Positions 44,063 to 53,400 of a stretch of 64,000 nucleotides of DNA are shown here, one piece after another (position 1 is the first letter of the stretch; the number at the start of each line of letters is the position of its first letter). The notes below the pieces were generated by a model. That model made no database searches, was not told the DNA's origin, and saw only the letters and a program-made list of their open reading frames with translations. Origin of the DNA: Candidatus Falkowbacteria bacterium (lineage in GTDB: Bacteria > Patescibacteriota > Patescibacteriia > Patescibacteriales > UBA12075); the NCBI GenBank assembly GCA_003514005.1, contig DOSJ01000004.1:101533-165532 (forward strand), read 5' to 3'. The position numbers and the translations under genes are program-made.

Positions 44063-45298
44063 ATGACAAAAATAGACGAAAAAGAAATTAGCCGAGATGA
44101 TTTCAGCAAGATGCTGGATGATTATAAATTCAAGGCGCCACAAGTCGGTGAATTGGTTACCGGCGAAGTTATTTCCGCTTCCAAGGCTGAAGTAAAGCTA
44201 GATATCAACGGAATCATGACCGGCGTAGTGCGCGGTCCAGAGCTATACGAAGAAGACGAAGAATATGCAGGATTAAAACCCGGAGAAACCGTAGAGGCTA
44301 CCGTATTGGAAATGGAAAATGAGAATGGTGAAATTGAGCTTTCATTTAAGTATGCCGGACAAGAAAAAGCTTGGGAAGGCTTGCGTGAAGCTGAGAAAAG
44401 CCGTTCGGTTATCAAGGTAAAAGTAATTGATGCGAACAAAGGCGGACTTTTGGTAAAATATCGTCAGATCTCCGGGTTCTTGCCAGTATCGCAATTGGCG
44501 CCGGAAAATTATCCGCGCATCAATGGCGGTGACAAATCAAAGATTTTGGATAAACTGCGCTCTTTTGCCGGACAAGAGTTTGAAGTAAAGGTTATGACTT
44601 TGAATGAAAAAGAAGACAAGATAATTTTCTCGGAAAAAGACGCATGGAGCGAACGCCAGAAAGATACTATTTCTAAATATCAAGTCGGGGCAATTGTTGA
44701 AGGCGCTATTACCGCCATTACCGATTTCGGCGTATTTATCAGCTTTGGCGAGAACTTGGAAGGACTAATCCATATCTCTGAGCTGGCTTGGCAAAGGATT
44801 GATGATCCGGCAGAGCTATACAAAGTCGGCGATAAAATCCAGGCCGAAGTAATCAGCTTGAGCGATTCCAAAATATTTTTGAGCGCGAAAAAACTGATCA
44901 AAGATCCATGGGTGGAAGTAAGTCAGAAATATAAAATCGGCCAGATTGTTAATGGTACCATTATCAAAGTTAACCCTTTTGGGCTATTTATTAAGCTCGA
45001 TGAAGATATTCATGGTTTGGCGCATATCAGCCAGATCGATTTGGCGCCAAAAGAAAAGATCAATGACAAATTCAAATCTGCGGATAAATTGAATTTTGAG
45101 ATCGTATCAATCGAAGCCAAAGAGCATCGTTTAGGCTTGGCTTATTCCGAGGAAATCGCGAAGATGAAAGAAGGCGAAGTGCGGGTTAAGAAAGGCGCGG
45201 CTGTTAAAGAAGAAGTTAAAACAGAGGTTGAAGATGAAGCGAAAGAAGCGAAGAGTGAGAAGAAGAGTAAGAAAAAGAAAGAGGAAGCAGTTGATTAG
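44063..45298 (+). CDS. rpsA: 30S ribosomal protein S1 (four S1 domains) with Lys/Glu tail
   Basis: Repeated S1 OB-fold units (GELVTGEVIS..., VIKVKVIDANKGGLLV, GAIVEGAITAITDFGVFISF, GQIVNGTIIKVNPFGLFIKL). Start taken at MTKIDEKE. Confidence 0.88.
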   Translation: MTKIDEKEISRDDFSKMLDDYKFKAPQVGELVTGEVISASKAEVKLDINGIMTGVVRGPELYEEDEEYAGLKPGETVEATVLEMENENGEIELSFKYAGQEKAWEGLREAEKSRSVIKVKVIDANKGGLLVKYRQISGFLPVSQLAPENYPRINGGDKSKILDKLRSFAGQEFEVKVMTLNEKEDKIIFSEKDAWSERQKDTISKYQVGAIVEGAITAITDFGVFISFGENLEGLIHISELAWQRIDDPAELYKVGDKIQAEVISLSDSKIFLSAKKLIKDPWVEVSQKYKIGQIVNGTIIKVNPFGLFIKLDEDIHGLAHISQIDLAPKEKINDKFKSADKLNFEIVSIEAKEHRLGLAYSEEIAKMKEGEVRVKKGAAVKEEVKTEVEDEAKEAKSEKKSKKKKEEAVD

Positions 45299-45477
45299 TA
45301 ATTAGTTAATTAGGGGCGATATAAAAACCGTTTTATCTGTATAAAACGGTTTTTTATTGAAAAAAATGTATTTGCCAAGCTTAAAAACGTGTTGTATACT
45401 GTATTAAGTACATTATTTAATAATTAGGTATTATAGATAATTCTTTGGGTAAATTTTTAAACGTTTTTTCCTTCACT

Positions 45478-45645
45478 TGTCATTCCCGCGAAGGCGGGAA
45501 TCTTGGTTTATTAATAACAAAATATTTTTATTGCAGGTTTGTTATGAAACTATTTTATCATATTTTTCTTTTGTTATTATAACACCGAGATTCCCGATCA
45601 TTTAGTATTAATTCCCTGCGGGGCCATGGAGTGTCGGGAATGACA
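45478..45645. mobile_element. MITE-like element, copy 2 (168 bp), right terminal repeat interrupted
   Basis: The left 33 nt are identical to copy 1 (tgtcattcccgcgaaggcgggaatcttggttta). The right end is agattcccg[39-nt insertion]cgggaatgaca. Lies upstream of ftsH. Confidence 0.65.
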
Positions 45646-45693
45646 AAGTATTTTACTCAAATGATTATCTAAAGAACCTTTAACATAAATAAA

Positions 45694-47520
45694 ATGAAAA
45701 ACTTATTTAAGAATTTTGGAATATTTTTTATTATTTTTATCTTGATTATCGCGTTATTCAATTTTTTTGGTATGCAGGACGAGGAAAAGACCAGAGTTGG
45801 TACCGAGGTTTTGATCGCGCGAATAAATCAGGAAGAGATTGAAAAAATTATAGTCAGTGGAACGAATATTGAAGTTATCTTGAAAGATGGGAAAAAAGAA
45901 GAAGTAAAAAAGGAAAGCGGGGAATCTTTTTCCGAATTGGTAAATAATTATGGCGTGGAAAAAGATAAGCTGGCAAAACTAAATATCGAAGTAAAGGAAG
46001 GCGAAGGCTTTGATTATTGGCTAGCCGCGATTTTGCCTTTTCTTTTGCCATTTTTATTGATTGGCGTGTTTATTTTTATTATGATGCGGAGCGTACAAGG
46101 CGCGAATTCACGAGCAATGATGTTTGGCCAATCAGGCGCCAAGGAATTTACCAAAGACGAAAAGAATCAGATTACTTTTAAAGATGTTGCCGGGGTCAAG
46201 GAGGCAAAAGAAGAGTTATACGAGGTTGTAGAATTTTTACGCAGTCCGAAAAAGTTTTTGGATTTGGGCGCGCGCATCCCGCGCGGCGTTTTGCTTTTGG
46301 GCAGTCCCGGAACCGGAAAGACATTGCTGGCGCGCGCTGTTGCCGGCGAGGCAAAAGTGCCTTTTTTCCATATTTCCGGTTCGGAATTCGTTGAGATGTT
46401 TGTCGGTGTGGGCGCGTCGCGTGTTCGTGATTTGTTTAAAAAAGCCAAGAAAAATACACCTTGCATCGTATTTATTGACGAGATTGACGCGGTCGGACGG
46501 AAGCGCGGTGCGGGTCTGGGCGGTTCGCACGACGAGCGTGAACAGACATTGAATCAGATTTTGGTTGAGATGGACGGTTTTGATCAGAGTACGAATATTA
46601 TCGTTATTGCCGCAACCAATCGTCCGGATGTGTTAGACAAGGCATTATTAAGACCGGGCAGATTTGACCGCCAAGTAGTTTTGGAAAATCCGGATATCAA
46701 TGACCGTGAAGAAATATTAAATGTTCATGCCCGCAAAAAGCCTTTGAGCAAAGACGTTAGTTTGCGAAAAATCGGCGAACGCACTCCTGGTTTTTCCGGC
46801 GCTGATTTGGCAAATCTTTTGAATGAAGCCGCAATTTTGGCTGCTCGCCGCGACAAAAAGATTATCGACATGGAAGAATTGATCGAGGCGATTGAAAAGG
46901 TGATGATGGGTCCGGAGCGCAAGTCGCGCGTGATTACAGTCAAGGAAAAAGATATTACAGCTTATCACGAGGCTGGACATGCGATCGTCGCACATTTTTT
47001 ACCAAACACCGATCCGGTTCACAAAATATCCATTATCGCGCGCGGACAAGCCGGCGGTTATACGTTAAAATTACCGACAGAGGACAGACATATGCATACC
47101 AAAACCGAATATGTTGAAGAGATTGCGGTGCTTTTGGGCGGATTTTTGACAGAAAAAGCGATTTACGGCGAAGTTACAACCGGCGCCACTTCGGACTTGC
47201 GCCGTGCGACAAATATCGCGCGCCGTTTGATTACCGATTTTGGCATGAGCGATATCCTGGGTCCGCGCACATTCGGCAACAAAGAAGAGATGATATTCCT
47301 TGGCCGCGAGATCACCGAACAGCGCGATTACAGCGAGAAGATCGCGGAAAAGATTGACGAAGAAATCTCAGGCTTTATCACACGCGCTACCAAATTGGCC
47401 GAAGAAATAATCTCTTCGAAAAGAGCAATGATTGATAAGGTGGTTAAGGAGCTATTGGAAAAAGAAACGATTGAGAAAGATAGGTTTGAGGAGTTGATGA
47501 AGGAAGAAGGTGTTGTTTAG
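45694..47520 (+). CDS. ftsH: ATP-dependent zinc metalloprotease FtsH
   Basis: [36 protein letters not shown] and HEAGHAIV. Confidence 0.97.
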   Translation: MKNLFKNFGIFFIIFILIIALFNFFGMQDEEKTRVGTEVLIARINQEEIEKIIVSGTNIEVILKDGKKEEVKKESGESFSELVNNYGVEKDKLAKLNIEVKEGEGFDYWLAAILPFLLPFLLIGVFIFIMMRSVQGANSRAMMFGQSGAKEFTKDEKNQITFKDVAGVKEAKEELYEVVEFLRSPKKFLDLGARIPRGVLLLGSPGTGKTLLARAVAGEAKVPFFHISGSEFVEMFVGVGASRVRDLFKKAKKNTPCIVFIDEIDAVGRKRGAGLGGSHDEREQTLNQILVEMDGFDQSTNIIVIAATNRPDVLDKALLRPGRFDRQVVLENPDINDREEILNVHARKKPLSKDVSLRKIGERTPGFSGADLANLLNEAAILAARRDKKIIDMEELIEAIEKVMMGPERKSRVITVKEKDITAYHEAGHAIVAHFLPNTDPVHKISIIARGQAGGYTLKLPTEDRHMHTKTEYVEEIAVLLGGFLTEKAIYGEVTTGATSDLRRATNIARRLITDFGMSDILGPRTFGNKEEMIFLGREITEQRDYSEKIAEKIDEEISGFITRATKLAEEIISSKRAMIDKVVKELLEKETIEKDRFEELMKEEGVV

Positions 47521-47523
47521 GAT

Positions 47524-47628
47524 ATTAGGGTATAGGTACTTAGGTAATTAGGTTTTTTAAAACGTCTTGATAATACATCAAGACGTTTTTTGTTTTACAC
47601 CCCTTATTCCCTAAGTACCTATTTTCCT
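47524..47628. repeat. aggtacttagg-family inverted repeat clamping a terminator hairpin
   Basis: attagggtataggtacttaggtaattagg / caccccttattccctaagtacctattttcc, around aaaacgtcttga-taataca-tcaagacgtttttt (47558-47592). Confidence 0.75.
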
Positions 47629-47695
47629 TTTAACTTTTTCCTAAATATGTTATAATATAATTACTTAAATAATAAATAAAACTATTTTCAAAAAT

Positions 47696-48679
47696 ATGTC
47701 TTTATATCGCACAATTTTAAAACGAGCCTGGGATAACACTTGGCAACATAAATATTTGTGGTTTTTTGGGCTTTTTGCCGCATTGCTTGGCAATGGCGGA
47801 GAGCTTGAGCTTATTTTTCGCAATTATGACGGACAGGCGCGAGACGTTCTTTTTCCAACATGGCAAAGATTTGCCGAAACCGGAATATTCAACGGAAGCG
47901 CATTGTCAAATATCGCCAATTTGGCGCGTACAGAACCCTATACCTTATTTTTGGCTTTAACCACTTTATTTATCATTGTTTTACTTGTCATGTTTATTTT
48001 GTGGCTGACCATTATTTCACAGGTTGCTATCGTTCACAACACTGCCAAGATCAAACACGACAAAGAGCATGATTTTAAAGACGGGGTTATGCAGGGAATA
48101 AAGAATTTTTGGCCAGTGTTGGGTTTTAATCTGATAATCAAGCTGATTTCCGCTGTTTTGCTTTTTTTAATCGGTTTGCCGATTTTTTTCGGATTTGTAA
48201 AAACCACTTTTACGATAAATCTGACCTATGTTTTAATGTTTATAATTTTTATTCCAATCAGTTTGGTCTTATCGTTTGTGTTTAAATTTGCAATAGTGCA
48301 TACTGTGGTCAAAGGACAGAAATTTTTAGAATCAATCAAGTCCGGTTTTGAATTGTTCAAAAAAAATTGGCTTGTGAGCATGGAAATGGCTATCTTGCTC
48401 TTTTTTATTAATTTTCTAACTGGAATCGCTTTGTTAATGATGTTCTTGATTTTAGCAGTACCGCTTTTATTCGCGATTCTAATGTTTTCAAAGCTGTTTG
48501 CTTTTATAAATTTTTGGCTGTTTATCATGTCCGCAATAATTTTACTCTTACTTATGGTCGTTTTTGTCGGTTCAATGCTCTCAACATTCCAAATTTCCGC
48601 CTGGACGCATTTGTTTATGGAACTGGTCGGCAAAGGCGGCGTTAGTAAGTTGGTTAGAGTTTTTGGGAAAGAAAAATAG
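47696..48679 (+). CDS. polytopic membrane protein, hypothetical
   Basis: 327-aa ORF with ~6-7 hydrophobic helices. No catalytic motif recognised. Confidence 0.6.
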   Translation: MSLYRTILKRAWDNTWQHKYLWFFGLFAALLGNGGELELIFRNYDGQARDVLFPTWQRFAETGIFNGSALSNIANLARTEPYTLFLALTTLFIIVLLVMFILWLTIISQVAIVHNTAKIKHDKEHDFKDGVMQGIKNFWPVLGFNLIIKLISAVLLFLIGLPIFFGFVKTTFTINLTYVLMFIIFIPISLVLSFVFKFAIVHTVVKGQKFLESIKSGFELFKKNWLVSMEMAILLFFINFLTGIALLMMFLILAVPLLFAILMFSKLFAFINFWLFIMSAIILLLLMVVFVGSMLSTFQISAWTHLFMELVGKGGVSKLVRVFGKEK

Positions 48680-48684
48680 TTATT

Positions 48685-48763
48685 AATGTCTAATTTCTAA
48701 ATTATAATTACTAAAAAAGCATTAATAAAAAATTTAGTTATTATAATTTAGAAATTAGAAATT
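48685..48763. repeat. hairpin repeat, ttctaaattataa family (copy 3), upstream of the pilB-like gene
   Basis: aatgtctaatttctaaattataattactaaa / tttagttattataatttagaaattagaaattt. Confidence 0.8.
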
Positions 48764-48772
48764 TAGAGATTT

Positions 48773-50476
48773 ATGTCCGATATCCAATCAATTGAAGATT
48801 TGATCGCTTCCTCAAAGGGAGGCGGTTTTGATGATGAGAGCGCTTTGGGAAAATTTCAGGCAAAGCAAAAAGAGATCAATGTGAAAGAAGTAGAAAGATT
48901 AACTGAACAGAACGCGGTAAATTTGGGCGTGTCTTATATAAGTCTTTTTGGTTTTCCGATTAGTCCAGAGGCCCTGTCTCTGATCACCGAGCAAGACGCG
49001 CGCCAGTTTAATGTTGTTTGTTTTTTTTATGACGGCCAAAAAATCCGTTTAGGCGCGCTTGAACCGCATAGCGAGGCAGTAGTAAACAAACTCGAAGAGC
49101 TTTGCGCAACCTTTTTCTGCGAAGGCGAAACTTATTTGATATCCAAAAATAGTTTGGAATACGCGATAAGGCTGTATAACTCGATTCCAAAGGTTAGAGT
49201 AATTCCGCGCGGCGTAGAATTAACAGAAGATGATTTGAATAAATTCAGTGAAAAATTTTCCAGTTTTGCGGATTTGCAAAAAGAGATCAATCAGGCAAAA
49301 GTAACCGATATCGTAACCATGGTTATGGCGGCATCTATCAAGCTGGACGCTTCCGATATTCATATCGAAGCAGAAGAAGACGGCATAAAAGTGCGTTTTC
49401 GCGTTGACGGCGTTTTGCATGACGCTTCGGTAATCAGTAAAGATTTATGGAAAAAGATAATTTCACGCCTTAAAGTTATCGCCAAAGTAAAGATAAATAT
49501 TGCCGATAAGCCGCAAGACGGGCGCATGTCTATTATTACCGCGCATGATCGGATTGATATTCGCGTTTCTTTTTTGCCGACCAATTTCGGCGAAAGTGTG
49601 GTTATGCGTATTTTGAAAGCCAGCTCAGTCGGCTTGGCTTTTAATGATCTGGGCATCCGTGATCGCGCGTTTGAACAACTAAGGCGCGAAGTCGAGCGTC
49701 CGAACGGCATGATTATCACAACCGGTCCGACCGGTTCAGGGAAAACCACTACCTTGTATGCGATTTTAAAGAAATTAAATAATCAAGAAACAAAAATAAT
49801 CACGATCGAGGATCCGATTGAGTATCAGCTGGAAGGCGTTAATCAATCGCAGATTAGCGAGAAATACACTTTTGCTCAAGGTCTGCGCTCTATCGTGCGC
49901 CAGGATCCGGATATTATTATGGTTGGCGAAATTCGCGATTTGGAAACCGCCGAGATTGCAATCCAGGCTTCTTTGACCGGGCACCTGGTATTGTCCACTA
50001 TCCATACAAACGATGCCGCTGGCACTGTGCCGCGTTTCATATCCATGGGAACAAAGCCTTTTCTTTTGGCACCGGCTTTGAACGCGATGATCGGTCAGCG
50101 TCTGGTCCGCCGTATTTGTGAAAAATGCAAAGTTGTCGACGAATTGGATGAAGAAAAAAGAAAAAGAGCTTTGGATTATATCAAGGAAATTCCCGCGGCT
50201 GAGCGGGGCGAATTGGATTTTGACAAAATCGTATTTTATAAAGGCGCCGGCTGCGAGGCTTGCCAAGGCATAGGCTACAAGGGTCGGATCGGCATATATG
50301 AGATTGTTGTGGTTGACGAAGATATGGAAAAACTGATCTTGTCCGGAGCAGTTAATGAGTATGATATGCGCGCCGCGGCTGCGAAAAAAGGCACGCTTTC
50401 AATGGCACAAGACGGAATGCTCAAAGTTTTGGACGGAATAACTTCGGTTGAGGAAGTGTTTAGAGTTGCGGAGTAA
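48773..50476 (+). CDS. type II/IV secretion / type IV pilus assembly ATPase (GspE/PilB family)
   Basis: GPTGSGKTTT, IMVGEIRD, GHLVLSTIHTNDA, and the tetracysteine CEKC...CEAC. Confidence 0.92.
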   Translation: MSDIQSIEDLIASSKGGGFDDESALGKFQAKQKEINVKEVERLTEQNAVNLGVSYISLFGFPISPEALSLITEQDARQFNVVCFFYDGQKIRLGALEPHSEAVVNKLEELCATFFCEGETYLISKNSLEYAIRLYNSIPKVRVIPRGVELTEDDLNKFSEKFSSFADLQKEINQAKVTDIVTMVMAASIKLDASDIHIEAEEDGIKVRFRVDGVLHDASVISKDLWKKIISRLKVIAKVKINIADKPQDGRMSIITAHDRIDIRVSFLPTNFGESVVMRILKASSVGLAFNDLGIRDRAFEQLRREVERPNGMIITTGPTGSGKTTTLYAILKKLNNQETKIITIEDPIEYQLEGVNQSQISEKYTFAQGLRSIVRQDPDIIMVGEIRDLETAEIAIQASLTGHLVLSTIHTNDAAGTVPRFISMGTKPFLLAPALNAMIGQRLVRRICEKCKVVDELDEEKRKRALDYIKEIPAAERGELDFDKIVFYKGAGCEACQGIGYKGRIGIYEIVVVDEDMEKLILSGAVNEYDMRAAAAKKGTLSMAQDGMLKVLDGITSVEEVFRVAE

Positions 50477-50477
50477 A

Positions 50478-50549
50478 AAATTTCTAAATTATAATGTCTA
50501 ATTCCTAAACAATAAAATTTAGAAATTAAACATTATAATTTAGAAATTT
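50478..50549. repeat. hairpin repeat, ttctaaattataa family (copy 4), downstream of the pilB-like gene
   Basis: aaatttctaaattataatgtctaattcctaaa / atttagaaattaaacattataatttagaaattt. Confidence 0.85.
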
Positions 50550-50614
50550 TATATTTTAGGTATAAATATTAAGTATCACATGTATTATAAAAATATTGCA
50601 TGTAACGCAAAACT

Positions 50615-51184
50615 ATGATTAACAAGATTTTCATTCAAAAACTAAAGAAAGAACATGAGGAGAGCAATAACGAGAGAAGACAGATAATCAGTTTGGCAAA
50701 TATCGTTTTGCACGATTCCAAACGGGTGATATTTTCCTTGCATCGTGGCGATATGACTAAGGCCGAAGAAAGTTTAGTGGAGATTGAAAAAATATTAATG
50801 AAACTTGAAAAAAACTTTGGTTATGAACGCGTTTATTCCGAAGGCGCGTACAAAGCGGCGGTTGAAGAGTATGCCGAAGCCAAGACTTTGCATATGGTAA
50901 TTAACGGGAAAAAGATTGATAAATTCAGTGGCATCAAGCTGGATTACGAAACATATTTGGGCGGAATCTGCGACCTGACAGGCGAGCTTGTCCGCCGCGC
51001 AACAAACGAAGCCGCAAGCGGAAATCGAGATGAAGTAACGCGCGTAAAAAAAATTATCAACGATATCATGGCTGAACTAATCGAATTCAATATGTCCGGT
51101 TATCTACGAACCAAGTATGATCAAGCGCGCGGCAATCTGCGCAAGATAGAACAGATGGATTACGATTTGAAAATAAGAGGATAG
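50615..51184 (+). CDS. translin-family-like protein (tentative)
   Basis: All-helical 189-aa protein. YLGGICDLTGELVRRA resembles the translin/TRAX Y..G..D..GEL.R motif (from memory). Confidence 0.5.
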   Translation: MINKIFIQKLKKEHEESNNERRQIISLANIVLHDSKRVIFSLHRGDMTKAEESLVEIEKILMKLEKNFGYERVYSEGAYKAAVEEYAEAKTLHMVINGKKIDKFSGIKLDYETYLGGICDLTGELVRRATNEAASGNRDEVTRVKKIINDIMAELIEFNMSGYLRTKYDQARGNLRKIEQMDYDLKIRG

Positions 51185-51273
51185 ATTAGGGCGTAGGTAC
51201 TTAGGGAATAGGGGGATTTAAATTCTAATGCGATTATTAATAATCCTAAGTACCTAAGTACCCAAGTACCTAA
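51184..51273. repeat. aggtacttagg-family inverted repeat
   Basis: gattagggcgtaggtacttagggaataggggga / aatcctaagtacctaagtacccaagtacctaa. Confidence 0.75.
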
Positions 51274-51276
51274 AAT

Positions 51277-52422
51277 ATGCATAAAATAGTTAAAGATAAA
51301 AATTACTGGCAAGCCGTTGCGGTTATGATCGGCTATATTGTCGGGGTAGGAATGTTTAGCCTGCCTTTTTTGATTGCCCGTTCCGGTTGGCTGGTTTTTT
51401 TGATTTTGTTTTCGGTTTTGGGGCTTGTGCAGTATTTGGTTCATCTGATTTATGCCAGCGTGATTGTTGCCAATCCTGGATATAACCGTTTGCCCGGCTA
51501 TGTTTACAAATACCTGGGCTACAAAGGCAAGTGGTTGGCGTTTTTTGCAAAAGTATTCGGAAACTATGGCTCAATATTGGCTTATCTCATTATCTCTTCT
51601 ATTTTTTTACAAGAGCTGTTGTCGCCGGTTGTCAATGGCTCTTTATTTTTTTACGCAACTGCAATTTTTGTATTCGGCGCGTATGTGGTTTATAATGGTA
51701 TCAAAACGATATCAAAAGTCGAGCTGTATATGTCGATTTTGCTATTTTTGGTTGTCGGTTTGATGGCATATCAGGGCTCTGTATTTATGGAATCGGCTAA
51801 TTATGAATTTTTTAATTGGAAAAATTTTCTTTTGCCGTATGGCGCGATGTTGGTTGCCTTGGACGGCATCGGCTCTTTGCCCATGGTGGGCAGGATGGTC
51901 AAGAAAGACGCGCGTGTTTTTAAAAGCGTAATCCGTTCCAGCATGGTTTTGTCTTCGGTAATCTTGCTTGTTTTTGTGTTTGTCGTAGTCGGCATTTCCG
52001 GAGCAAGTACTACACCGGATGCGCTTTTGGGAATTAAAAACGTTTTATCCAATAGCGTTATTTCCCTTGTCTTGCTTTTTGGCCTGCTCTCTATGTTAAC
52101 ATCATTATTCGGCGTCAGCGAAGCGATCAAAGAAACCTTGGCTTGGGATTTCAAGATTAATGAAAAGCTTTCATGGTTCTTGGCAATAATCGTGCCGTAT
52201 CTGTTATACGTACTTGGAGTCAGGGATTTGATTGGCGTGATCAGCTTTATCGGCGCGGTCGGTGGAGGTGTCTGTATAACTTTGCTTTTGTTGATTTTTT
52301 TAAAAATGAAAAAACAAAAAATAAAATTATTAATGTTTACGAGCGTACCAAGCAATACTGTTATTTACAGTTTGATGTTTATGTTTTTTTTAGGAATTGT
52401 TTATACGATTTTAGGGCTTTAA
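51277..52422 (+). CDS. amino-acid permease-like transporter (~11 TM)
   Basis: WQAVAVMIGYIVGVGMFSLPFLIARSGW resembles the N-terminal signature of Aa_trans/Trp-Tyr permease families. Polytopic. Confidence 0.65.
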   Translation: MHKIVKDKNYWQAVAVMIGYIVGVGMFSLPFLIARSGWLVFLILFSVLGLVQYLVHLIYASVIVANPGYNRLPGYVYKYLGYKGKWLAFFAKVFGNYGSILAYLIISSIFLQELLSPVVNGSLFFYATAIFVFGAYVVYNGIKTISKVELYMSILLFLVVGLMAYQGSVFMESANYEFFNWKNFLLPYGAMLVALDGIGSLPMVGRMVKKDARVFKSVIRSSMVLSSVILLVFVFVVVGISGASTTPDALLGIKNVLSNSVISLVLLFGLLSMLTSLFGVSEAIKETLAWDFKINEKLSWFLAIIVPYLLYVLGVRDLIGVISFIGAVGGGVCITLLLLIFLKMKKQKIKLLMFTSVPSNTVIYSLMFMFFLGIVYTILGL

Positions 52423-52426
52423 AAAT

Positions 52427-52924
52427 ATGAAAATAGCAATTATCGCCGATATTCATGATAATCTCGTAAACCTTGAAAAGTGTTTGCGTTATTGTTCCGG
52501 GCAAAAAGTTGAAACATTACTTTGTTGCGGTGATGTAACAAATTTTGACACGCTTGAATATATATCAGAAAATTTTCCTGGTCAGATTTATTTGGTTCAG
52601 GGGAATATGGAGATTTATGAAGAAAAAGATGTTTTAAAATTTTCTAATATAAATTTTTTAGGTCGAGTTGGACGCATTGTTTTGGATAAAAAAAGTATCG
52701 GACTTTGTCATGAGCCGTTTTTAAAAAATAGCGCTTTAAAACTCGGCGCTTGCGACTTTATTTTTTACGGCCATACGCATAAGCCGTGGATAGAAGAGAA
52801 TGAAGGATACAAATTTATCAATCCCGGAACTCTGGGCGGCGTTTTTCAGCGCGCGACCTTTGCTTTGTGGGATACGGATAATGCGGAGCCGGAGTTGAAG
52901 GTTTTGGATTTGATAAAAGGATAA
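52427..52924 (+). CDS. YfcE/MJ0936-type metallophosphoesterase
   Basis: IAIIADIHDN, CCGDV, LVQGNME and YGHTHKP. Confidence 0.85.
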   Translation: MKIAIIADIHDNLVNLEKCLRYCSGQKVETLLCCGDVTNFDTLEYISENFPGQIYLVQGNMEIYEEKDVLKFSNINFLGRVGRIVLDKKSIGLCHEPFLKNSALKLGACDFIFYGHTHKPWIEENEGYKFINPGTLGGVFQRATFALWDTDNAEPELKVLDLIKG

Positions 52925-53014
52925 ATATTAAAAAAAATTGTAATAATAAATTATTTTTTTTATTTAATTTTAGCTAAAATATTAATAATTATCACATATT
53001 TTCGCATTTTGCTA

Positions 53015-53043
53015 TTGACAAAAAGATGAATATGTGATAGCAT
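53015..53043 (+). promoter_or_regulatory. putative promoter TTGACA-N17-TAGCAT flanked by a 10-bp inverted repeat
   Basis: ttgaca 53015-53020, TGa-tagcat 53035-53043. The inverted repeat atcacatatt (52991-53000) / aatatgtgat (53029-53038) brackets the -35. Confidence 0.45.
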
Positions 53044-53146
53044 GTTGTTATTAATCCTGAAAAGGAAAAATATAAGAATGTAGTACATTGACAATCCTCA
53101 CTTGTTTTTAACCGATCATTTAACCTGAAAGGAGGTGATGATAGAT

Positions 53147-53197
53147 ATGCGCCGTTTTAATACCAGAAAACGTAATTTTTTTGGAATGAAAAAATGA
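53147..53197 (+). CDS. micro-ORF (16 aa, MRRFNTRKRNFFGMKK; an in-frame ATG also lies at 53138)
   Basis: AAGGAGGTG at 53129-53137, 9 nt before the ATG at 53147. Very basic peptide. Confidence 0.25.
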   Translation: MRRFNTRKRNFFGMKK

Positions 53198-53268
53198 TCC
53201 TGCCCGGCTCCAGCCTGCGAGTCCACGCGAGCTCTCTGAAATCGCGTTACACCCCAAGGAGGTGAAAA

Positions 53269-53298
53269 ATGACACAACGGTCGTCTAGTTACGGGTAG
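53269..53298 (+). CDS. micro-ORF, 9 aa MTQRSSSYG
   Basis: Perfect SD AAGGAGGTGA (53256-53265) 3 nt upstream of the ATG. A paralogous copy lies 132 nt downstream. Confidence 0.4.
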   Translation: MTQRSSSYG

Positions 53299-53400
53299 TG
53301 AAATTACACCGGTTTGTAATAAACCTGCCCCCGGGTTGAATGCCCACATGCGGAAAAATTCAAGGTTACCCTGAATAACCACTCACCACAGGAGGTGATC

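Noticed and set aside
49775-50266. 163-aa minus-strand ORF, and 49360..49749(-)
   Set aside because: Both are antisense to the PilB/GspE-family ATPase gene.
22591-51273. CRISPR array interpretation of the recurring repeats
   Set aside because: The repeats are inverted-repeat hairpins of varying sequence scattered between genes, not a tandem array of one constant repeat with unique spacers. No cas genes are present in the window.
51801-52355. 184-aa minus-strand ORF
   Set aside because: It is antisense to the 11-TM permease gene.
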